DNA from: an uncultured Chloroflexia bacterium
GTDB taxonomy: Bacteria; Chloroflexota; Anaerolineae; Anaerolineales; Anaerolineaceae
Assembly (NCBI GenBank): GCA_963704755.1
Contig: OY969938.1
Coordinates: 3,810,001 to 3,842,000 of the forward strand
DNA: 32,000 nucleotides
Reading direction: 5' to 3'
Both the position numbers and the translations under genes were made by a program. The number at the start of each line of letters is the position of its first letter. Within the stretch, counting starts at the first letter, position 1. The notes under the pieces were generated by a model. It was given only the letters and a program-made list of their open reading frames with translations. It searched no databases and was not told the DNA's origin. Of this stretch, positions 14,785 through 23,069 are shown in pieces.

Positions 14785-15697
14785 AGCACACTGGCTAGAA
14801 GTTTCGTTATCCGTGGAAGGGGAGCTTGCGGAAGCGGTTGCAGACGTGATTGGTCGGTATACCTCGCAAGGGGTCGTGATGGAACAGGCAGTGATGTATA
14901 CCGGCGCCTGGGATCCGGGCACACCGGCCGGACCGGTCCGGGTATTTGGGTATATCGTCATTGATTCGACCCTGGAGCAAAAACGCGAGCATTTGGAAGA
15001 GGCGCTCTGGCATTTGGGCCAGATCCGACCGCTGCCGGCTCTGGAGTATCACACCGTAGAGGATCAGAATTGGATGACGGCCTGGCGGGAGCATTATCAC
15101 CCCATCCCGGTCGGGCAACGGCTGTTGATCCTGCCAGCCTGGCTGGAATCGACCTATCCAGAACGAATATCGGTTAAAATAGATCCCAGTATGGCTTTTG
15201 GCACAGGGACACATCCTACCACTCAGCTTTGTCTGGCGCTGTTGGAAAAATATATCCGTCCTGGCCAGGGAGTAATCGACGTTGGCTGCGGATCGGGTAT
15301 TCTATCTATTGCCGCGGTCAAATTAGGGGCCAAATCGTCGCTTGGGGTAGACATCGATAACGCCGCCATCCGTTCCACCAACGAAAACGCTCGTGCGAAC
15401 GGCGTAGAAGATGCGATCGTTTGTGGGGTTGGCTCGGTAAGCGATATCATCCAGGGGCAGTTCATCACCCGCCAGGCTCCGCTGGTGCTGGCCAATATTT
15501 TAGCCCCGGTCATCGAGCGCATGTTCGCCGAAGAAGGCCTGGCCGACCTGATTAGCCACAAAGGATATATCATCCTTTCCGGCATCCTGGTCGAACAAGC
15601 CCCAGAAATTCAGGCCGAGGCTGAAGAACGCGGCTTGATTTTCGTCGAAAAAATGGTGAGCAATGATTGGGTAGCCCTGGTCTACCAGAGGAAGTAG
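14777..15697 (+). CDS. prmA: ribosomal protein L11 methyltransferase
   Basis: GTG start overlapping the dnaJ end. Motifs AFGTGTHPTTQLCL and VIDVGCGSGILSIAA. Position after dnaJ matches the Firmicutes-type operon. Confidence 0.9.
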   Translation: MAEAHWLEVSLSVEGELAEAVADVIGRYTSQGVVMEQAVMYTGAWDPGTPAGPVRVFGYIVIDSTLEQKREHLEEALWHLGQIRPLPALEYHTVEDQNWMTAWREHYHPIPVGQRLLILPAWLESTYPERISVKIDPSMAFGTGTHPTTQLCLALLEKYIRPGQGVIDVGCGSGILSIAAVKLGAKSSLGVDIDNAAIRSTNENARANGVEDAIVCGVGSVSDIIQGQFITRQAPLVLANILAPVIERMFAEEGLADLISHKGYIILSGILVEQAPEIQAEAEERGLIFVEKMVSNDWVALVYQRK

Positions 15698-15702
15698 GGT
15701 TT

Positions 15703-15757
15703 TTTCAGCGGATAAAAAAAGAAGCGGCCCAGCCGCTTCTTTTTTTATCCGCTGAAA
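15703..15757. terminator. perfect 26-bp hairpin, bidirectional terminator between convergent prmA and lspA
   Basis: TTTCAGCGGATAAAAAAAGAAGCGGC-cca-GCCGCTTCTTTTTTTATCCGCTGAAA. The inner GC stem is flanked by A7 and T7 on both strands. Confidence 0.85.
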
Positions 15758-15774
15758 TATCAGACGAGAAAAAT

Positions 15775-16287
15775 TCAAGCATGGGTGGAACTGCCTTTGA
15801 AGCTCGTAATGAGGATCAAGGCAATACCCACCATGATGGCCAGGTCGGCCAGGTTGAAGACGCCTGTTTGTAAAATCCAGACTTTGATGAGCATAAAATC
15901 GGTGACCTCGCCGTGGAACAAGACCCGGTCGATCAGGTTGCCGATCCCGCCGCCGGCGACCACCGAGAGCGCCACCAACAGCAGCCTATCCACCTGTTGG
16001 GAATGATAGATAAAGTAAAACAGCGCTACCAGGACGGCCACGACGAAAACGACGAAAATAAGGAAGCGCACGGTGGCCGACAGGGCAGCGCCCATCCCCA
16101 GGAAAGCGCCCGAGTTTTGAGTAAATATCAGCCAGAATGTATTGCCCAAATACCCGGTCGCGGGCTTTTGAGCCAGGCTCTGGCGCGCCAGCACCTTGGT
16201 GACCTGGTCGAGGATCACGATGATGGTCACAATGATAGCTGGGTAAAGGATACGTCCGGCGCTCTGGTGGGTTTCGGTGGACTCCAT
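15775..16287 (-). CDS. lspA: lipoprotein signal peptidase (signal peptidase II)
   Basis: ILDQVTKVLA, FTQNSGAFLGMG, GGGIGNLIDRV, FNLADLAI. Confidence 0.9.
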   Translation of the reverse strand: MESTETHQSAGRILYPAIIVTIIVILDQVTKVLARQSLAQKPATGYLGNTFWLIFTQNSGAFLGMGAALSATVRFLIFVVFVVAVLVALFYFIYHSQQVDRLLLVALSVVAGGGIGNLIDRVLFHGEVTDFMLIKVWILQTGVFNLADLAIMVGIALILITSFKGSSTHA

Positions 16288-16293
16288 CCTGAT

Positions 16294-17634
16294 TTACCAG
16301 ACTCTTTCCAGGTCGGGGTTATCCAATGCTTCCCGTCCGACCTTGGCCATGTCGGTCCATTCGCCATCGATCTTGATGCGCACCACATCGGCCGTATAAT
16401 CGGTGACGGTCGAATTGTGGTTGTCGAATAAGGCCGAGCCAACCGCATAAATGTCCACCGGGACGTTCAGCTTCTCGAAGCGGGTAATTTTTTCGGGGTT
16501 AAACCCGCCGGATACGACGATCTTTACTTCCTGGCAGTATTTTTGGGCGGGGACGATCCATTCGGGGGGCAGAATCCAATCCGCCCAGGCATTGTCCAGG
16601 GCTTTACGCACGTTGAACACCAGGCGCGGGTTGACGCCCATATCCAGGGCCGGGTCGCCCAACGGCTCCAGGCTGAAATCGCGCAGGCTGGCGCTGGTAT
16701 CCAGGCGCACGCCGTACAGGCGGTAGCGATCGGCTTCCTCGGTTTGCCCGGCTTCGACCAGGCTGCGGTAGCGCGCGAACATGGCCTGGCAGGTCGCAGC
16801 CGAATCGGCAGCGCAGTTGTTGTTGAAATCCACCAGGGCAATCCGCGGCACGGAAGGCGGCAGCACCTGGGCGAAGGCCAGCATGGCTTCGGCGGTATCC
16901 CCCAGGAAACAGGCGATGGCCGCATGGGCAACGGTTCCGCCGCCGGAGCCGCCCCACCAATCACCCTGGGCGTCGGTGGAAACGAACGGCCCGAGGGTGC
17001 CGGCGTGATCGAGGTTGTAGCGCTGCACGGCGATCTGGTAAGCGTAGCCGTCGGCGGCCTGGACCTCGTGCAGATCGAAACGGGCCGGGAAGAACAGGAT
17101 CGGTTTGCCTCTGGCGGAGATCAACGTTTCATATACATTAGTAGCCACCCGGCTGGCGCGGGTAAGGATGCCCAGGGTGGGGGTTTCGAGCAGGGCAAAA
17201 TCGCGGTAGCGGCCGCGAACCCGCATCACCGGCTGGACGGTCAGGGGGTTGCCGTCCGACTCGACCGTGGCGCCATCCTGGAGAGCCCAGACCTGTAGCT
17301 GGTCGGCCGTATTGACGAAGGCTCCATCCGAGAAATAGCCGGAGCTGCTGCGTAAAATGGACAGGGCTTTGTCCACGCCGACCACCAGGGTTTTGCCCGG
17401 CCGGCGGGTGAACCACTGCATCTCGACTTCCAGGTCGCCGCAGGCGAGCTGGGCAGAGAGATCTTTGGGCAGGCGGGAGTTCTGCCCGCTATAGTGATAG
17501 CCTTGTTTGGAGAGGACTTCTAACATTAAGGCGATGTTCCCAAAATATTTATCCGAGTACCACCCCTGGCGCATGCGTTCGATATCCAGTTTGAATGTCT
17601 CGTTCGTTAATCTTTTACCATCAAAAATGCTCAT
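16294..17634 (-). CDS. nicotinate phosphoribosyltransferase family protein (type II PRTase fold)
   Basis: N-terminal WYSDKYF, then GGTVAHA, YGVRLDTS and VVSGGF. The stop is 6 nt before the lspA start, so the two are probably co-transcribed. Confidence 0.75.
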   Translation of the reverse strand: MSIFDGKRLTNETFKLDIERMRQGWYSDKYFGNIALMLEVLSKQGYHYSGQNSRLPKDLSAQLACGDLEVEMQWFTRRPGKTLVVGVDKALSILRSSSGYFSDGAFVNTADQLQVWALQDGATVESDGNPLTVQPVMRVRGRYRDFALLETPTLGILTRASRVATNVYETLISARGKPILFFPARFDLHEVQAADGYAYQIAVQRYNLDHAGTLGPFVSTDAQGDWWGGSGGGTVAHAAIACFLGDTAEAMLAFAQVLPPSVPRIALVDFNNNCAADSAATCQAMFARYRSLVEAGQTEEADRYRLYGVRLDTSASLRDFSLEPLGDPALDMGVNPRLVFNVRKALDNAWADWILPPEWIVPAQKYCQEVKIVVSGGFNPEKITRFEKLNVPVDIYAVGSALFDNHNSTVTDYTADVVRIKIDGEWTDMAKVGREALDNPDLERVW

Positions 17635-17679
17635 TGATCTCTCCCTGGCCTGGTCAGTCTATATAGTGTATAAACAACA

Positions 17680-17708
17680 CTTATACACCGGTCGAAAGGG
17701 GTTGTCAA
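17680..17708 (-). promoter_or_regulatory. near-consensus sigma70 promoter for the NAPRT-lspA unit
   Basis: Minus strand reads TTGACA (17708-17703), a 17-nt spacer, then TATAAG (17685-17680). The palindrome GTGTATAA-N7-TTATACAC (17667-17689) overlaps the -10. Confidence 0.65.
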
Positions 17709-17727
17709 GGAAAAGGGGAGAGGCGTG

Positions 17728-19039
17728 TATGGCTTTCTCAAGAAAGGGATTTACCAGCCAGAAGGAGGGCAAAAGCCTGGGAGAGGTGGCCCTCGAACCA
17801 GCGGCGGCCTTTGGCAGCATTGGAAAAGCCTGCCCGCTTGAGCAAGCCAAGAATCAAATTATGAATAATTGCCAGGATTCTTCCGGCCGGACCAATCGTC
17901 ATTCGAGTGGCATCCTCATGAAACGTCACATCGCGACGATAATGCAGCCCAGTCTCAATTTGCCAGTGTTGGCGACGAATGCGGAGCACCTTACCCGGAG
18001 CAGCTTGCTTACGAGATAGGCTGGTAATGCCATACTCAACTTCACAGCTATTTCTGTAGAATTGACCCTGGCGCAACCAAAAAAACTTACGTTCCAGACG
18101 ATAAACCTGGCTCAACCCCGGCCAATCCAGATATTCATTCAGCATTTCACTGGTCTGGATGGCACGGATTTCCAGGCGACCGTGACCATAACTCACCTGC
18201 TTTGCAGTCTGGAAATCGGTCGCAATCTTGCCAAATCCAGGCTTAGGATGATCAGGAGCAAACAAGTCTTGGATGGCTTGATACATTTGGGGTTGATTTT
18301 CCTTGACCGGCCACAAATAATCCCCTTGGCCTTTGAGAATTTGTTCGGAAACGGCCCGTTGGGTGTGCATGGCGTCTCCGGTGACGATTTTCCCGGACAA
18401 ATTGACCCGTTCCAAGGCTTTAGGAGCTGCTACAATCTCGTTTTCCTTGTTTCCAACCACTTCTTGAACCTTGACTTGCTGGGTTTGGCCAGCATAAATA
18501 CTCAAAACATACTCACCGCAAAGTTCTCCACCAGCCCGTGTGCCTCGCAAGGCTTTGCCGTCCATGGCCAATGTTTCTCCACTTTCATCTGTATCCGACC
18601 GATGGTACGCTTCCATCAGTCGTTCAAACTCCTCTTCGCTGACAATATTCTGGAATACGCGTCGGTAAGTATTGTGATGGGGCATCCAACTTCGCTGCAA
18701 CCCCAATAACTGTGTCAACTCTTCTGCCTGGTTCTTCGCCCAATCGGCTATTTCCACCGGTCGATCTTTTCCGCACAGTTTCGCCAGAAAGATTAATACT
18801 AACAAGGTGACTAGGCTATACCGTTTCCCCTTCGCTTTGCGTGGATCATCTAGCCGTTGAAAATAGTCATACAAGCTCCCCAGCGAATACACAACCCCAT
18901 TTGCACTTTCTTCTTGCCACGGTTCCAGCGTGCTATACTCCATCTTGATCCTCCTCGGTTATTTTGGCTGTTTGGCGACACCAATTGTACCGAAGAGGGT
19001 CTTTTTGTCTATCTGTCAACCTTTCTTGAGAACGCCATA
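17728..19039 (-). mobile_element. ISAs1-family insertion sequence, 1312 bp, apparently intact
   Basis: The 20-bp terminal IRs are TATGGCTTTCTCAAGAAAGG (17728-17747) and CCTTTCTTGAGAACGCCATA (19020-19039), 19/20 complementary. They are flanked by a perfect 10-bp direct repeat GAGAGGCGTG (17718-17727 and 19040-19049). Confidence 0.9.
17738..18943 (-). CDS. ISAs1-family DDE transposase (H-repeat-associated type)
   Basis: N-terminal DDPRKAKGKRYSLVTLLVLIFLAKLCG, then MDGKALRGT, TGDAMHTQRAV and HWQIETGLHYRRDVTFHEDATR. These correspond to conserved blocks of ISAs1/YhhI-type transposases. Confidence 0.9.
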   Translation of the reverse strand: MEYSTLEPWQEESANGVVYSLGSLYDYFQRLDDPRKAKGKRYSLVTLLVLIFLAKLCGKDRPVEIADWAKNQAEELTQLLGLQRSWMPHHNTYRRVFQNIVSEEEFERLMEAYHRSDTDESGETLAMDGKALRGTRAGGELCGEYVLSIYAGQTQQVKVQEVVGNKENEIVAAPKALERVNLSGKIVTGDAMHTQRAVSEQILKGQGDYLWPVKENQPQMYQAIQDLFAPDHPKPGFGKIATDFQTAKQVSYGHGRLEIRAIQTSEMLNEYLDWPGLSQVYRLERKFFWLRQGQFYRNSCEVEYGITSLSRKQAAPGKVLRIRRQHWQIETGLHYRRDVTFHEDATRMTIGPAGRILAIIHNLILGLLKRAGFSNAAKGRRWFEGHLSQAFALLLAGKSLS

Positions 19040-19350
19040 GAGAGGCGTGGGCTACCGCTGCGCTCCGCACTTAATCCCGCGCTGCTGGCGGGTGGAACTT
19101 ACCACCACCTCCCGTTCTCCCAGGGGAGAATGTTGGGATGAGGGTAAAAGCTGGCTAACCCGGGCGGAAAAGGGACTATTGAAAGCCTGGCTTTACGAAG
19201 GAGAAAAAATAAAAACACCACTCTTTTTTACGGTAGCCGAGCAGTTTCGAAATATATTTATAAGGTAACTACTTCAACTTCTTAACCGGCCAGAGCAGTT
19301 ACTTTATAAGTACCCTCTCACCTTACGGTAGAATCAAAGCGAGGAGCGCC

Positions 19351-19584
19351 ATGCAAAACCTGGAAACATTAGGACGCTGGATATTGATCATTGGAATCAC
19401 GATCACAGTCGTGGGTGGATTGGTTTGGGTTTTGGGTAAGCTGACCGGGCTGCGCTCTTTGCCGGGGACACTCAAACTCGAATTTTCAGGGGTGACCTGC
19501 CTGATCCCTATTCTGGGCTCGATCGTGTTGAGTGTCCTTTTAACGGTGGTGCTCAACCTTGTTCTTCGCTGGCTCAACCGTTGA
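19351..19584 (+). CDS. DUF2905 family small membrane protein
   Basis: 77 aa. LIIGITITVVGGLVWVLGKL...LPGTLKLEFSGVTCLIPILGSIVLSVLLTVVLNLV matches the DUF2905 pattern. GAGGAG SD. Confidence 0.75.
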   Translation: MQNLETLGRWILIIGITITVVGGLVWVLGKLTGLRSLPGTLKLEFSGVTCLIPILGSIVLSVLLTVVLNLVLRWLNR

Positions 19585-19604
19585 GCCGCGAGACAGCCTC
19601 TTTC

Positions 19605-19716
19605 GTAACTGCTCGGCCAAACGGGTAAGAACCCAGAATTTGAGGTGTTTGCGAGGGCGAAGCCCTCGCAAACACCTCAAATTCTGGGAATCTTTGATAG
19701 GAGCCTGAGTAGTTAC
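19605..19716. repeat. 112-bp nested-palindrome element, intact copy (perfect 27-bp-arm core hairpin at 19632-19688)
   Basis: GTAACTGCTCGGCCAAACGGGTAAGAA + CCCAGAATTTGAGGTGTTTGCGAGGGC-gaa-GCCCTCGCAAACACCTCAAATTCTGGG + AATCTTTGATAGGAGCCTGAGTAGTTAC. The termini are inverted. Confidence 0.9.
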
Positions 19717-19920
19717 CTTTTTTCTAGCTAAAATTATTGCGTGCACACCCACCCCCGGCCCTACCCCTCGAGGGGCGGGGAGAAAGAGAAAAGGGGGTGT
19801 TTTTAAGGCACTTTGCGCCTCCAAAACACTCCCAAGAGAGCGGAGACCATGACAGCGGCTTTTATCACCCGGCAGGCGGGCCTGAATATGGTAAACTAGT
19901 GAGTTGTCCGGAAAGTAATT

Positions 19921-19969
19921 TTTGAGTGTTTGTTTTGGGTGTCAAAGACACCCAAAACAAACACTCAAA
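19921..19969. repeat. perfect 23-bp-arm hairpin upstream of the PRTase gene
   Basis: TTTGAGTGTTTGTTTTGGGTGTC-aaa-GACACCCAAAACAAACACTCAAA. Confidence 0.85.
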
Positions 19970-20003
19970 GGGATTTCCGCATCATCCAGCTAGGAGAACA
20001 ACC

Positions 20004-20558
20004 ATGACCGATCAGCGAGAAACATACACCATCGAGCTGGCTGGCTTGCCTCGCCAGTTGACTTTGTTCGAGGTAAAGCCGGGTTTGAAAATCGCATTAC
20101 TGAATATCCTGGGCGATACGGAACTGGTGGAAGCCTGCGCCAACGCCCTGGTCGAGAAGACCCGCTCCAGCGACTACGCCGTAATCGTCACTGCCGAGAC
20201 CAAGAGCATCCCTCTGGCGCACATCCTGTCACTCAAGACCAACAAACCCTACGTCGTTTTGCGCAAGAGTTACAAGTTCTATATGGGCCGGGCGCTCAAA
20301 GCCGATACCCTATCGATCACGACCGGCGCCCCCCAAACCCTGTTTCTGGACGAAAAAGACCACGAATTGATCCAGGGCCAACGGGTGATGATTCTGGATG
20401 ATGTGGTCAGCACCGGCTCAACCCTGGAGGGCATGCGTGCTCTGATGAATCAGGCCGGGGCGATCATCGCTGTCGAAGCAGCCATCTGCACCGAAGGGGA
20501 CGATGATGCCTGGAGCGAGATCGTGGCTTTAGGACACCTGCCGCTGTTCACCGAATAG
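20004..20558 (+). CDS. phosphoribosyltransferase family protein (adenine/purine PRTase-like)
   Basis: PRPP-binding motif VMILDDVVSTGSTL. I start at ATG 20004 (MTDQRETY) after TAGGAGA. The track's start at 19926 would read through the 19921-19969 hairpin. Confidence 0.75.
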   Translation: MTDQRETYTIELAGLPRQLTLFEVKPGLKIALLNILGDTELVEACANALVEKTRSSDYAVIVTAETKSIPLAHILSLKTNKPYVVLRKSYKFYMGRALKADTLSITTGAPQTLFLDEKDHELIQGQRVMILDDVVSTGSTLEGMRALMNQAGAIIAVEAAICTEGDDDAWSEIVALGHLPLFTE

Positions 20559-20563
20559 ATAGT

Positions 20564-20616
20564 CCCGAATTTAGGTATTTGCGGGGGCTTGGCCCCCGCA
20601 AATACCTAAATTCGGG
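20564..20616. repeat. perfect 25-bp-arm hairpin between the convergent PRTase gene and galK
   Basis: CCCGAATTTAGGTATTTGCGGGGGC-ttg-GCCCCCGCAAATACCTAAATTCGGG. Confidence 0.85.
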
Positions 20617-20651
20617 GTTCTGCCAAGTTGGGCGCAGTTACAGGGGGATTG

Positions 20652-21803
20652 TTAACCAATGCGTTCGACTTCGACGCCCTGGTGGGCGTGGCAAAGATAG
20701 ACGTTGGCGTCTTTGCCGGTCTTGTGGGCGTATTTCGACTTGAGCGTCTGGATGAAGGCCTCGGCCTGGGATTCTTCGACCAGGTTGACCGTGCAGCCGC
20801 CAAAGCCGGCGCCGGTCAGGCGGGCGCCCCAGCAGCCGGGGATGCCGCTGGCCAGCTCGACCAGCAGGTCCAATTCGGGCACGCTGACCTGGTACAGGTC
20901 GCGCAGCGAGGCGTGGGTGGCATACATGGTCCGGCCAAAGCCGGCCCGGTCGCCGGCGTCCAGGCAGCGCACGGCTTCTGCGACCCGCGCGATCTCTTCC
21001 ACGATGTGGCGGGCACGCATGCGCACCACTTCGGGCAGGTCGCTTTCGTAGCGATACAAATCCTCCGGGCTGACGTCGCGCAGTGACTCGATGGCCGGCA
21101 GGTGTTTCTTGAGGATTTGCACGGCCGTTTCACACTCACGGCGGCGCTCGTTATAAGCCGAGGAGGTCAGGGAGCGGCGCACGGTCGAATCGGCGATCAC
21201 GATGGCCGTATTAACCGGCATCGGCACAGGGCGGTACTCCAGCGAGCGCACGTCGAACAGCAAGACGTGCCCCTCCACACCGCAAGCGCAGGCGAACTGG
21301 TCCATCAGGCCGCAGTTCATGCCCACGTATTCGTTTTCAGCTTTCTGGCAATATTGGGCCAGTACCAGGCGGTCCAGGTCCCAACCGCCGGCGGCCTGCC
21401 AGAGCGAAGCAAACCCAACTTCCACCGCGGCCGAAGAGCTCAACCCGGCGCCCATCGGCACAGTCGAGCTAAAGGCTGCCTCGATCCCCTTTACCAGCAG
21501 CCCTTTCTGTTGGAGCACGTAAGCTACCCCGGCCGGGTACTCCGCCCAGGAAGGCAGCGGTTGTCCATTGGTACCAATCTTTTTTTCCAGGCCGGCTAGC
21601 GAAAACTCTGATTCCTGAGCGAGGTCAATGGCGTGCAGGCGGACGATGGGCTCATCCAGCAGCCTGGCTTGCATGTGGATGGTCCGGTCGATAGCGGCCG
21701 GCAAGACGATACCCTGGTTGTAATCGACGTGTTCACCCAGTAAATTGACACGCCCGGGCGAATGAACGTCGATTTGGGGGTGCGGAATCAGTTCAGGAGT
21801 CAT
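20652..21803 (-). CDS. galK: galactokinase
   Basis: GRVNLLGEHVDYNQG signature and the GHMP motif PMGAGLSSSAA. Confidence 0.95.
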   Translation of the reverse strand: MTPELIPHPQIDVHSPGRVNLLGEHVDYNQGIVLPAAIDRTIHMQARLLDEPIVRLHAIDLAQESEFSLAGLEKKIGTNGQPLPSWAEYPAGVAYVLQQKGLLVKGIEAAFSSTVPMGAGLSSSAAVEVGFASLWQAAGGWDLDRLVLAQYCQKAENEYVGMNCGLMDQFACACGVEGHVLLFDVRSLEYRPVPMPVNTAIVIADSTVRRSLTSSAYNERRRECETAVQILKKHLPAIESLRDVSPEDLYRYESDLPEVVRMRARHIVEEIARVAEAVRCLDAGDRAGFGRTMYATHASLRDLYQVSVPELDLLVELASGIPGCWGARLTGAGFGGCTVNLVEESQAEAFIQTLKSKYAHKTGKDANVYLCHAHQGVEVERIG

Positions 21804-22080
21804 CGGAAGATACCTCAGCGTAAGATTGGACCAAACGGATCTTTTGAGTGCGCTTCATGTGCTTGATTTGAAGCTCGCGCTGCATGGCGGCTTTGCGGTC
21901 GCCTACTTCTTCTACATAAACTAATTTGACCGGCCGGTGCATGCGGGTGTACCGAGCCCCCTGTCCCTGGTTATGCTGGCGAGTGCGCCTATCCGGGTCA
22001 GTGGTGAGGCCGGTGTACAGGCTTCCATCGCTACACTCGACCATGTAACAAAAATAGACCACGCTTTCACGACCGTTCAA
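21793..22080 (-). CDS. GIY-YIG nuclease superfamily small protein
   Basis: YFCYMVECSDGSLYTGLTTDPDRRTRQHNQG...RPVKLVYVEE. The start is uncertain: TTG 22080, GTG 22062 or ATG 22044. Confidence 0.8.
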   Translation of the reverse strand: MNGRESVVYFCYMVECSDGSLYTGLTTDPDRRTRQHNQGQGARYTRMHRPVKLVYVEEVGDRKAAMQRELQIKHMKRTQKIRLVQSYAEVSSDDS

Positions 22081-23069
22081 TTCTTAGTCGATGTATCTTT
22101 TTTTCGTTTTGCCGGGTTGAAAATGCCCAATAAACTTTGTTTTGTCGTGGGAACATCGATTTGTTCCATCCGAGCCCATTTGGCTTCCTTGCGAGCGGCC
22201 GTCCACTGGCTGCGGTTTTCGGTCGCTTCCTTGAAGGCTTTATGGACCGCTTCGGCGTCTTTTCCGGCGATCATGGCTTGCAATGTTTTGAGTTCCGTGA
22301 TCAGGTCGCCAAGTAAACGAGCGGTATTTTCGCTGTTCATCAAGGTGTCCAGGCCGGGTTGGCGCTGGCTGACCTGGGCTAACAAAGCCTGGGTGGCAGT
22401 GCTGAACTCGCTGCTGGCAATCTTTTGACTCTCGCGCCAGCCGGGCTGGCTGTTTACGGTGCGCATCAAGGCCAGGGCGCTCAAGGTAGGCAGCAGGTTA
22501 GCCATGGCGATCAACCCGTCGGCTTCGTAGGGGTCGGTGTAAAGTGGGTGGGCGCCCAGCAGCGCGACCAGGTCGCCGGCCAGCCGGAGGGCATCCGGGT
22601 GTGTTTCCGGCAGGGCCGAAACCAGGATGGTGGTGTGGTAGAACAGGTCCGCGCAGGCTTTCTCAGGGTCCATTTCGACCGTCTGGATGTGCTCGGGGTT
22701 CAAGCTGGGAATAAATTTGAGCAGATGGCGGTCGGCCGGCAGGTTTTGGGTTGCCCATTCCAGAATCGGCACCGTCACGGGGGAAGTATCGATCACCACT
22801 GCGCCGGGTTTCAAGTCGTCCTTGATGATCTCGAGCAAGGCTTCGACCTGGTCAACGGGAACACATAGCATAACCACGTCGGCATCCTTAACCGCGTCCG
22901 ATATGTTGTGGACACAGCGATCGAAGGCTTTGAGCTTGTTGGCCCTTTGTTCGGCTGAAAGTTCGATGTCCGCACCAATGCGAATGATTTCCTGAGAATT
23001 ATCTTGTAAGGCCAGGCCCATCGAAAGGCCAATCCGGCCCAATCCGATCACAGATAGCTGGGTAGCCAT
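22077..23069 (-). CDS. tyrA: prephenate/arogenate dehydrogenase family protein
   Basis: Rossmann N-terminus LSVIGLGRIGLSMGLAL, then DADVVMLCVPVD and VVIDTSPV. I start at ATG 23069 after GGAGG, sharing 1 nt with the upstream gene's stop. Confidence 0.6.
   Translation of the reverse strand: MATQLSVIGLGRIGLSMGLALQDNSQEIIRIGADIELSAEQRANKLKAFDRCVHNISDAVKDADVVMLCVPVDQVEALLEIIKDDLKPGAVVIDTSPVTVPILEWATQNLPADRHLLKFIPSLNPEHIQTVEMDPEKACADLFYHTTILVSALPETHPDALRLAGDLVALLGAHPLYTDPYEADGLIAMANLLPTLSALALMRTVNSQPGWRESQKIASSEFSTATQALLAQVSQRQPGLDTLMNSENTARLLGDLITELKTLQAMIAGKDAEAVHKAFKEATENRSQWTAARKEAKWARMEQIDVPTTKQSLLGIFNPAKRKKDTSTKN

Noticed and set aside
16524-17416. Several 90-250-aa ORFs overlapping the NAPRT-family gene on both strands
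   Set aside because: They are shadow ORFs with Gly/Arg/Pro-rich products, while the 446-aa minus-strand frame has clear family motifs.
19047-19268. 73-aa ORF to the right of the ISAs1 element
   Set aside because: It has no SD, crosses C-tract/G-tract hairpins and solo repeat termini, and has no family resemblance.
19926-20003. N-terminal extension of the PRTase ORF (MFVLGVKDTQNKHSKG...), with similar extensions at 6731-6862, 8312-8398 and 23070-23096
   Set aside because: The extensions read through hairpins or repeats and lack an SD. Internal ATGs preceded by GGAG-type SDs give N-termini that fit the protein families.
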